This document shows positions 35,699 to 45,544 of a DNA stretch of 64,000 nucleotides, one piece after another. This DNA comes from Dimorphilus gyrociliatus. Taxonomy: Eukaryota > Animalia > Annelida. The DNA is taken from assembly GCA_904063045.1 (NCBI GenBank), contig CAJFCJ010000057.1, positions 1 through 64,000 of the forward strand, given 5' to 3'. The first letter of the stretch is position 1. Each line of letters opens with the position of its first letter. Position numbers and translations under genes: made by a program. The notes beneath the pieces were generated by a model, which was not told the origin of the DNA, did no database searches, and saw nothing but the letters and a program-made list of their open reading frames with translations.

Positions 35699-36279
35699 AA
35701 TTTAGTTAATTTCAACAAAATTATAGCAAGATGAATAATTCAATACATAGTTAATCAATCTCACTTGCTTTCTCTCTCTCTCTTCTCTCCTATAAATAAG
35801 TTTCCATTCAACCTCAAAGATGGATAAGGATTTACATAGGCCTAAAATGTTTATAAGTGTGGATTTTTTTATAAGAAAAAAAAAGGGATTTTTTACAAAC
35901 ATCTCTCCATTTTCTGTCAAATTATCTATCTGAAATATTAAATGTCCCAACTGGACAGAAATTATCTCTAGTTATTTCCATTTGCCCAACTAATCATACT
36001 ACCTGCAACTCTTAACTGACCATTTATTTCACTATGTATTCTATTGCCCAAATCGACTAAAGCAGTGAACCTTAAGATATCATCATAATCATTGCTACTG
36101 TATGAAGCATATACAGTAGTAGGAATTGTTAAAAATAATCTAAGCCAATAGTACATGTATGTTTAAAAACTGGTAGATATGACCCTACAGAGGTATGTAT
36201 GTATCGATACATATACTACCAGTTAATTTATTTCCTCCCTCCACAACTATTTCAAACATTACAAAGTAGGTGTTATTAC

Positions 36280-36800
36280 TTAATGCCCTTTGCTTCTATT
36301 ACAACTTCTATTTACAACACTGGCGCTGGATTTCAAAAATGGCCTTCTTTTGTGAAATACTCTAAATTGATCTAATAATATTGAAATGTGGACTTTTCGC
36401 TTATGCCCCTCCTCTTCAAGTACTTTTTCCTCCTGGGATAGTTCATTGGCCTTATAGTTTGGAACAACATGTCTGCTCACAATAAGGCTCCATTCACCAT
36501 TGAATTTGATGCAGCCAAACACCATAGTGCTCCCTGCCCCAAAATTGTATGATGTTCAAGGTAAATGTTGGATTTTTCCTTACAAATCCTCTCCTCATGT
36601 AGCGTCCTTTGGATTCACCTGAAAAATTCACATTTTCCACCTTTCTGTTTCCCACTTACTGTTCTCTGTTTAGAACTCTATTTTGTGTGGGTGATACTCT
36701 TTAACTAATGCGGCATCTCCAAACAAATTCTAAACTAACCCTGCTATTAATTTTCGCATTCCGCCTAGTGTTACCTGAATTCCTCAGATGTTTACATTCA
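36280..36800 (-). mobile_element. Tc1-like transposase fragment
   Basis: FGAGSTMVFGCIKFNG matches the Tc1 FGGGSVMVWGCI motif. Confidence 0.7.
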
Positions 36801-37010
36801 ATGCTGAAATACACATAAATATATATATATATTTGTGTAATATCGCTATGCACTGGATAGTGGAGAATAGAACCTATTTGTGTTGTCCAGGCTTCAAAAT
36901 TTCATTGCTTAATTGAAAATACATGTTTAATAGGATAGTAAGTTAGAGATTAAAAGAAAATAGAATAATGAAAGATGCATTGACTCTTTTCATATTGGAA
37001 TAAATCCCAA

Positions 37011-37270
37011 GGCAGAAGCTGCCCAGAAATTGATTGAAGCCGCCCAGAGCTGTGATAGAAGTCACCCACAACTATGATAGAAGTTGCCCAGAGCTATAAA
37101 AGAAGTTGGCCACACCTGTAACAGAAGTGAACCTGTGTCAAATTTTCAAACTGCTCCGATTTACTTGAAATTTTGTACAGAGTAAGGTATAGAACACACC
37201 AATTACTGTACAAAATTTGAGCCAAATCGGCCCAGGCGTTTAGGAGCTACGGCCGTTTGAAATAAACGTA
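37011..37270 (+). repeat. About five degenerate 22-bp tandem units followed by a non-autonomous-element-like segment
   Basis: GAAG(T/C)xGCCCAGAGCTxTxATA-like units. Then CCGATTTACTTGAAATTTTGTACAG...CTGTACAAAATTTGAGCCAAATCGG, an imperfect inverted repeat. Confidence 0.5.
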
Positions 37271-37365
37271 GGTCACAACAAGTTGTCATGTGTGTGTGAC
37301 TGCCACCAACTTTTTCTGATATTCGTCCTCACCTTCTACACCAATTAGAGGGTAACCTATCAAGT

Positions 37366-37828
37366 TTATTCAAGTAGTAAGCAAGTTTCAATAAGATTTA
37401 TATTGTATATCTTTATTGGATTGCTGCCAATTTTAATTTCAATCTTTTTTAGCAAAGCAGAAGATTCAACTACTCTTTGAACAACACACACTTGAATAAC
37501 ATCATAAGCTTTTTTAAAAGTGATCTTTATCCATGATGATTTACAGTCTAGATTTGATGAACATGTTGCTGCCCAGTCATTATGATTAATCCAGAAAGGC
37601 TCTTGTGCAAATTCACATTTCTGATCAATTGGTGTAGTATGTACACTTGAGGCTGTACAAGCTGCTCCATTACTTTTGCTAGCAATATTTATTAGTTTTC
37701 CATCTATGGGCAAAGAATAAAGCTTATTATACTTTAAATTTATTCATATAATATAATTTACCAGTTATCATTACACTATTTTCAACTAGCAGAAGAAATA
37801 GAGCGAAAATGATGAACATTTTCAACAT
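37366..37828 (-). CDS. Small secreted galactose-binding/discoidin-like domain protein (2 exons)
   Basis: Signal-peptide exon MLKMFIIFALFLLLVENSVMIT (37828-37762), a phase-1 intron, then exon 37703-37366 GAACTASS...WIKITFKKAYDVIQVCVVQR. Confidence 0.75.
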
Positions 37829-38129
37829 ATCTTTCAATATTTATAAATATAAATGTCGTTGGAATTAGATTTCTATATATATTTATAAGATATAGAGATA
37901 TTGAATTATTGAATATATTTCCTCTTTATTTACCAATTTCTATCTTATGCTGACAAAAAAAGCAAAGTTTAGCTATTCTTAATTCTTTCTAGAAAATTGA
38001 AGTCTAAAGATTCATTTGGTTGGTGTAATCAATACATTTCTCCTCTGTATTAGGCTTAAAGATTGATTGATTAATATGAGACTTTTTTCTAGACCTCTTG
38101 TCAATCATGCTCCAGTAGATGGAAATTTA

Positions 38130-38336
38130 GGGGTTGGGTGCGGACGTACCCATTTGCAAGTATAGCCTACCCTGATAACATTTTAGGGGAGGGTTAGTTT
38201 GTTAATTTAGATGGATTTATATTTAGAGGGGTTCCAATTTACGATTAGGCAATATACATAACACAGATATTACGCTCAACTTCTGATATATTAGGGTATG
38301 CTTCTATCCTCCATGGGTACGTTCGCACCCCCACCC
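38130..38336. mobile_element. MITE family B, non-autonomous relative of the 33017-35698 MULE
   Basis: TIRs GGGGTTGGGTGCGGACGTACC / GGTACGTTCGCACCCCCACCC. TSD GGAAATTTA / GAAAATTTA (8/9). Confidence 0.9.
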
Positions 38337-38934
38337 GAAAATTTAGAGGCTATGGAATGGGAAGAACAAAAATGAATTACACAAAGTTACAAAGGGTTTC
38401 ACGGTAGCACTAACTCATTTTTATGCATTTTGAAATTGCTGTTCTAAAATCATCATTTCTTATAAATTGCAAGAACAAAGATATTTTTATACATGAAAAT
38501 AGATATAAATCAATGCTTATATTCCTATAAATTGATATGCCTATATTCTTTCTTTATGAATATATGATGTTTGTCTGGTAAAAAATGTAATTTTTGTGAT
38601 ATTGTTCTACAAGAATTATTGAGGTTTATCAATCAATTTTTCAACAAATAGGAAAAGTTTGCTAGATAGTTTCTCTGTAGCAGAATGATCAGAACATGTA
38701 TTCATTAATATTAATAACATAAAATGTAAATAGGTCGTTGATACACATAAATAGGTTCCGATGGGTGCAATTTCAAATAAGTTTGGCTACATCAAGTTAC
38801 GATTTTCCCCTTTCCTTTAAAACTGTCGTTTGCCTATGTGCTTTTATTAATTGTTCGCAGTTCAATACAAAATGAAGGCCTATAACTTCAATATTGACAA
38901 TGAATTGAATTTTTTAGAAAAAGCAGAAGTTAAC

Positions 38935-39444
38935 ATGGCAGGCAAGGGAATGGACTATTGGATTTCTCATTTAAATTTAAAACCACATCCGGAAGGTGGA
39001 TATTATACTGAAAGTTTTAGGAGTAAAGATTTCATACCAAGTAAATGTACGGAAGGAAAATTTGATGGAAAAAGAAGTTATTTAACTTCAATTTATTTCC
39101 TGTTATCGGATGGTAATTTTTCTGCTTTTCATCGTTTAAAACAAGACGAAATTTGGAGTTATCATACTGGTTCAACAATTTTCGTTCATATTATTAACGA
39201 TGATGGATCCTACGAGAAACATAAAGTTGGTTTGAATATTGAAGACGGTGAAACTCCCCAATTTGTTATCAAAGCAGGACAATGGTTTTCCTATCACGTT
39301 GAAGAGGAAAATGGTTTTACTCTTGTTGGGTGTGTCGTTGTTCCTGGATTTGAATTTGCCGATTTTGAACTTGGTAAGAGGCAAGATTTAATTGCCAAAT
39401 ATCCTCAACATAAGGATATTATAACAAAATATACAAGAAACTGA
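38935..39444 (+). CDS. Cupin_5 (DUF985-type) cupin protein, intronless CDS
   Basis: LKPHPEGGYY, TSIYFLL, SAFHRLKQDEIWSYHTG, PQFVIKAGQWF and LVGCVVVPGFEFADFEL are the family motifs. Confidence 0.9.
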   Translation: MAGKGMDYWISHLNLKPHPEGGYYTESFRSKDFIPSKCTEGKFDGKRSYLTSIYFLLSDGNFSAFHRLKQDEIWSYHTGSTIFVHIINDDGSYEKHKVGLNIEDGETPQFVIKAGQWFSYHVEEENGFTLVGCVVVPGFEFADFELGKRQDLIAKYPQHKDIITKYTRN

Positions 39445-39914
39445 CATAAAGCTTTGAAAATAGAGAAGATATCCATACTACACCAAGAACATCAGTATTT
39501 ATGAACACAATGAGAACACTTTGAACAAAAATTCAAAATGCAAAATTTAATATCTCAACCATTACATTTTGACAGTAAATTTACAAAATAATCGTTTGAA
39601 TTTTGTGAATTTCAACTATAATTCTTCATGAAAACTGTTACAATTTTTACTATAACTAAAAATATAAATATAGAATCAGTTTTTCATGTATTCAATTTTT
39701 TGAAAGTATGTCATTCTATTCAAAAAAAAGTAACATCTGTCGTTCAAACAAGTTAACTATTATTTACCATAATACTATTCCAACATAACCCAGTGTCCAT
39801 GATATTTCTGGACACTGCCCTATAATTGAAACTACTTTTGATATGTTATGCAGATAATAAAAAATTTGTTTCTTTAGATAAAAAAAAATAGATATTTAAC
39901 CCTAAAAGAAGATA

Positions 39915-41144
39915 ATGGCTGAGAATTGTCTGACCCTGATTTGTTTAAAAGAAATTGGAAAGAATTTAATAGCATTAGGTGAATATTGCTCAAGTCAAAA
40001 ACTATTTTTACCTGATAGAATATCTCATCTTATTATTAATTATGTTTTTACAAATAACAAATTATTAACAACAAAAGAATTAAAATTCTTTTTATCAAAT
40101 ATTTTAAATATTTCAAACTTCAATTTAATTTATGAACAATACGAAAAAGATGAAACATTTGAATTTCTACAAAATCAACCAATAACTGTTTTACAATTAA
40201 AAAATATTAATTGTTTTAATGAGTATTTCTTTTCAAATAATCTACAAGAATTATCTCTTTATAATTGTCAAATTAAGGATTTTAATGAAAACTTATTACA
40301 TCAGTTTAAAGGCAATTTAAACATGTCCCATTTAAAAATTATCTTACCGGAAATGGATTTTCTCTTTCCAGCCAAATCTCCTAATTTTTATCATAAACTA
40401 TTTTCAATTATGCAATCATCATCATTAATAAGTTTTGAATTTGAAACTGCTTGCGTTTACGCTTCTATTATCAATTTTTTTGAAAACTGGTTAGAACAGT
40501 GTATAAATCTGGAGAGATTGATTCTAATAGGAACGTTTAATTTTGCAAATTTTCGCCATATTTCTTCTGCATTTAAAGCAATGGGACATTCGCTAAAAGA
40601 ATTAACATTACAAGTTTTAAATCTTGAATTTGATGAAATTCATATGTTTGAAAATTCACTTCAGTATCTTACAAATCTTGAAAAATTCAATCTAACAATA
40701 AAAATATACTCTGCTAGCTCATTTACATATAATTTAAATGAACTAAAATCATGTGGACATTCATTAAGAATATTTAAATTACATGTAAATAGAGTTAGTA
40801 TTTTATATTTGTGTAAAGCTTTGGAATGTTGTACAAGTCTTGAAATCATTGAAATTCTGTCAAGAATTCCAATCGATACTCAAGTCATTACTACTGCATT
40901 AAAATCATCAATAAATACTGTAAAACAGTTAAATATTGGAGTTGTACCTAAAGAAGAACATTGGTTTTCTTCAATCGTTGATTTCTTGGAAGAGTGTTCC
41001 TCTGCTCGAAAATGTTCAATATTTATAAAATATTTTCACAAACAAAGAGCAAAAAATATCTTGAAAAGATTGATATCGCTATCGTCATCGCCTGATCATT
41101 TAAATAATATAATGATATCAATTAAACGATTTCGGGATGAGTAG
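39915..41144 (+). CDS. Intronless BC-box/Cullin-box-like LRR protein (409 aa)
   Basis: NCLTLICLKEIGKNL...FLPDRISHLIINY aligns with the N-terminus of 630-2432. Divergent LRRs follow. Confidence 0.8.
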   Translation: MAENCLTLICLKEIGKNLIALGEYCSSQKLFLPDRISHLIINYVFTNNKLLTTKELKFFLSNILNISNFNLIYEQYEKDETFEFLQNQPITVLQLKNINCFNEYFFSNNLQELSLYNCQIKDFNENLLHQFKGNLNMSHLKIILPEMDFLFPAKSPNFYHKLFSIMQSSSLISFEFETACVYASIINFFENWLEQCINLERLILIGTFNFANFRHISSAFKAMGHSLKELTLQVLNLEFDEIHMFENSLQYLTNLEKFNLTIKIYSASSFTYNLNELKSCGHSLRIFKLHVNRVSILYLCKALECCTSLEIIEILSRIPIDTQVITTALKSSINTVKQLNIGVVPKEEHWFSSIVDFLEECSSARKCSIFIKYFHKQRAKNILKRLISLSSSPDHLNNIMISIKRFRDE

Positions 41145-41263
41145 CGTACTCTGTGAACCTTAACCAACTTAGCATCTTTATCAACAAAAGCACACTAAAC
41201 TTGATACAATGATATTTTAGATAAGAGAAAAAAAGGGGCGAGGTTGTCAATGTCATTTTTAAA

Positions 41264-41824
41264 ATGGCTACTGCAATATCTAATAAGGAATATTTAAAAT
41301 ATGATGTTGAGCATTGTAAATCATCAGTTACAATTCTAATATATCACGTAGAAGGTAGATGTGCTGGATATGCCATTTTTATTGATGAACAATGGAAATA
41401 TACAGTAAATTATAGACCAACAAAATATGAAAAGGCAGTCGTTAGTCTTAATTTTGTTAGTAACACAGGAAATATGACAACCAAAGAAATTCAATGGAAA
41501 TTTACTTCCAATGAAAAAACTTGGAGGAAAAAAGCTTGGAAAGTTGTAAAACAACTTTTAAAACCCACACCAAAAGCTTATGATATACTCTCTCTTAATG
41601 GAGCATTCAATATTGAAAATGGTAGAAATATACAAGAATCAGGTGGACATACTACTGAAGATAGAGAAACGAAAAATGGTAGGCAACGCTCCAAAAGTTT
41701 TTGTAATAGATTTGTTTCAATTTTAACGTCAATATGTCGCTGTTCCTGTACTTTTCGTCTAATTCAGTGTTGTAGGAGAAGACTTGATCAAAAAAGACTG
41801 GTTGAAGAATATAGAATGCATTAG
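41264..41824 (+). CDS. Hypothetical intronless 186-aa protein with Cys-rich basic C-terminus
   Basis: Open frame in an AAAATGGC context. No family recognised. Confidence 0.6.
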   Translation: MATAISNKEYLKYDVEHCKSSVTILIYHVEGRCAGYAIFIDEQWKYTVNYRPTKYEKAVVSLNFVSNTGNMTTKEIQWKFTSNEKTWRKKAWKVVKQLLKPTPKAYDILSLNGAFNIENGRNIQESGGHTTEDRETKNGRQRSKSFCNRFVSILTSICRCSCTFRLIQCCRRRLDQKRLVEEYRMH

Positions 41825-42022
41825 ATTTCTATTCTCTAAACATCTATCATTCAATATATATTGTGTAGCAGCAAGAATTTAATTGTTTGTAAACAAAACT
41901 ATGGACACTAAATCTTTCATTTGGAATGGCTTTTGTTTGGTCACGTATAATCTATTGGCTTGCTTAAAAACGAATAACTGTAAAAAACTATTGAATGCCA
42001 GAAAACGAATTTTATTGAACAT

Positions 42023-42082
42023 GAGAGAGAGAGAGAGCGAGAGAGAGAGAGAGAGCGAGAGAGAGAGAGAGGAAGAGAGAGA
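42023..42082. repeat. (GA)n microsatellite
   Basis: Direct reading of the sequence. Confidence 0.95.
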
Positions 42083-42939
42083 ATGCTCTTGTTTTTCTCA
42101 TTCGAATCTATTCAAATGACATATGTTCATGTTTGTAATGTGTACATCCATAGTTTTAAAGGAATATTTACAATAAAACTGATAAAAACGTTTAGAATTT
42201 TCTAAAGAGTATACTGTTTTCAGCTAAGTTATCGTACAATTATCCCTTTGCCCATAGCTTGGGTAAGCATAAACTGAGGTACAGTAGTGATTTTTTGAAT
42301 CTTTGACAAACAACTACTTTACAGTAAAACCATAACCAAATAAACATTAAAACATTCAATATTTATCTTTACCCTCCTTATTTTGAAAACTTACCTGGAA
42401 GGAATTGAAGGTTGTAAAGATATAAACTAAAGTCATCTATAAGAATTTTGCAGAATGGCTCAATCTTTGGAAGTGTAATTTCTTTAAAAGTTTGACAAAA
42501 TGTATAAGGTACACTCGCGATATTGTAGACATTTTGCTGTAATTTTAAAATGGTCTAACTAATACTATTGATACTTTCCAAATATATAACTTAATCTATA
42601 AACTTTCACTGTGAAAACTTTCATTCGGTTCTGTGGGTTATCAACATAAAAAGGAAGAAAAAATTTTGAAGATTTGCCAAGATGTGGTTGTCAAAAGATA
42701 TCTCTAACAGATCAAAATAAGGAAACTATCTTTAGATCATACCAAAGACTTGAGTTTCAGTAATATATATGATAATAATTATCAAATTGTTGAAAAATGA
42801 AACATAAAAGGAAAAGATACTTTATTGCATAAGAATTTTTCATATTCAATTAAAAACATTGCCAGTACCTCAACAACATGAAGATGAACACAAAGGTCAA
42901 AGAAAAAATTTTTCCCAGCAGATGTTCCCAAAAGGGTTC

Positions 42940-43420
42940 AAAGTTTCTTACAAAAAAAGAACTTACCCACTCAAATGAAGGAAGGACTCTTAAATACCAA
43001 ATTTTCTATCCATGATTTCATTAAGAAAAATGGTGAATATCAGTAAATTCCCTTAGTGTTTGTTTTAATGAGTGGCACAGAAAGAAAATAGCACTTTGAA
43101 TGTTCTACTGGTATGTTGCCAATAATAGTTTATATTTTATTAAAAGTAACAAAATCAATATTTAAAAAGGAAGTTATATGGTTATATAAAAGACTTTAAA
43201 GATTATGAAGAGAGAGCCTTCCATATCTTCCAAAAGAATTCATTACTTCACCAAATTTAATATAGCAGTGGATATTGATGAAAATTTCTACAATCTTATC
43301 AAAGAAGTAGAAAGAGAAGCTGACCTAATAGAAATTTATGAGAAGTTGTTATCAGAGGGAAAATTGAAAAAACTATAGAAAAGAAAATATGAAAATCTAC
43401 AAGGTAATATTTCTGAATAT
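42940..43420 (+). mobile_element. Decayed MULE transposase fragments
   Basis: IHDFIKKNGEYQ*IPLVFVLMSG and NFYNLIKEVEREADLIEIYEKLLSEGK are homologous to the 33228-34775 transposase. Confidence 0.7.
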
Positions 43421-43735
43421 ATATTAGTTGTTTGAATGGAGCTTATTAGTTATTAAGAGTTGTATATGACATCATTGGAGACGATTGACAATAAAAAGAA
43501 TTAATACTGAAAATCTCTTTATTCAATAAAATTGAATATAATAAAAATATTAAGGATCCATCTCTTTGTTGATACATATGGTTTTGATCTATAAATCATA
43601 TTTTTGTTATTTTACCTTGAGATTTGATCCATAGAAATCAATGTATAGAACAGAGTTTACAATGAACTATGATAAAATTAAGTGTTAAATTCACCACAGT
43701 GTTATAGCTTTTGCTGAATTGTTAAATAATACACA

Positions 43736-44375
43736 TTACATTCTTTTACAAAGGTAGTAACACAGAAAAAAACAACAAACACCACAAGCAATACAAAATA
43801 TTATTGGGATTATGATGATTACAGCTAATGCAGCTGGTAAATATTTAAAAAACAGATTATTTTCATAAGGATCTGCTTCATTTATTAATCCAGCTATAAA
43901 TTCAATTCCACTACCAGTAATTTCGTCATCATTAGCTACCAAAGCCAGAAGAACTGGGTTATTTGTTAATTTAAGTATTGAAGTTTCATTTCCGCATAAA
44001 GGTCTATGAATCTCTTCAGTTCTATTGTCATTCAACCAGTACACACCTACGAAATCTTTGTCGCAGTTTTTTGATTTTTGAATATCCATTTTAATGTAAA
44101 TCCTAATATGCTTTTCGGGTTCTCCAATAAGTTTCCAACAAGTTGTTGTCTTTGGAGAATATCCGCCATTTTTATAGTTATCACTATAGTATTCAGTTGA
44201 AAGTGTAGTAGTTAGTTCAAGATCTTTAGTTTTGTTGCAAATTAGCTGACAGTTCATCAGTGGAAGTAGTACGACAAATTCTAAGATAAAAGAATGTAAT
44301 CTTATAAGATATTCTAAAAAAGTTAGTTTTAATGAAATTATTTAACTTACCAAAGTAGATAGTTAGTCTTGCCAT
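43736..44375 (-). CDS. Signal peptide - CUB domain - TM - Cys-rich tail protein (2 coding exons)
   Basis: MARLTIYF|EFVVLLPLMNC across a 44350-44281 intron. CUB motifs YSPKTTTCWKL, CDKDFVGVY, LCG, F..DDEITGSG. TM AALAVIIIIPIIFCIACGVCC. Confidence 0.85.
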
Positions 44376-44658
44376 ATTTCTCGTATGAAGCAATGCCGTT
44401 CAGAAAAAGGCTTACCTTTCCAGGAACTTCTTTGAAATTTTCTATAAAGACTACTAAAAGAAGGATTAATGACTCAATTATGCTCGTGTTTTCAGTTTAC
44501 ACAAATTTTCAGTCATTTTTCTTTCTTGTTATTCAGTTTCTCTCTCAATACACGACTCAAATGCACCGACAATACAGAAAAGCGCATTCGATGCTTTCAT
44601 TTATTCGTTTCACAAATTTTTTTGTTTTTTTCCTCATGTTTAATTTAGACACATTCCG

Positions 44659-44676
44659 CTAGCGCCATCTGACGAG
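44659..44676 (+). promoter_or_regulatory. CTCF-like motif in a divergent promoter region
   Basis: CTAGCGCCATCTGACGAG resembles the CTCF core (TAGCGCCAyCT). It is a rare GC-rich patch between divergent genes. Confidence 0.4.
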
Positions 44677-45544
44677 AAAAAAGACGAGGAGAGAGAATCA
44701 TTGCCTAATCTTTATATCATTAATTGTTTTACTATCTGTAAATGTTTGTTGACATTTAAGTTAAAGTATGTGGTTAAATTAACCACAAAACTATTAAAAC
44801 ACTCATTCAAGAATCGTGAAAATAGCTATTTGAAATAATAAGTACTAATCTCTGATTTATTTCCATTTCTTTCTGCGAGATTTTTGAAAGAAACTAAAAT
44901 AAATGAAATCCAAAGTTTATCAAATACTACTATACCAGCATAGTAAATATTTTAGAAGTTGAGAAAAAATTGATTTTGGGATTTTTTTGGGTCAGGAAAC
45001 TTTTAATTTGAATATTTTTCAGATAATATACGGCTGAACTGAGGTTTAGGACGCATAAAGTGGAAAGGATCTTGTTAACTGTTAGGTTAGGGTTGGGGTA
45101 GAACACTAAAAACTTCTCTCTTTCGTAATTTTTGTTAATTTATATATTTGAACTCTAAGATGATAAACAATAGAAAATGCATATTTTTGTCAGTAAAATA
45201 AAGGCATAGAGACTGATAACTTATCTCTGCTTTATCTTTAAATGTTTACTTTTTTTATCATTTTTTTGTCAATTCTCTATCTATTTTCTATTATTATTTT
45301 TGTAAAATTTCTTTAATGTCATGGTATAAAGTTCACGAAACTCAGAAAAGATAACCATTTTCAAGGTATAGACATAACTTAATCCTTTTTAAAATTGTTT
45401 TAATACAACTTTTTACCGATAGGGGTTTTTTCGTTGCTCATGATTGTTTACATAGTTGTCAATGGAAACAGGATGTTGTACTTTGCACATGTGCAGAACA
45501 AACCTTCCGGTAGCAGAAAATATAATTTATAGAATATTGTAATA

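Noticed and set aside
35702-36156. Small secreted-protein-like ORFs
   Set aside because: The obvious splice gives an immediate stop and no family is recognised.
36170-36230. AACTGGTAG...CTACCAGTT mini inverted repeat
   Set aside because: Single short copy with no TSD or family support.
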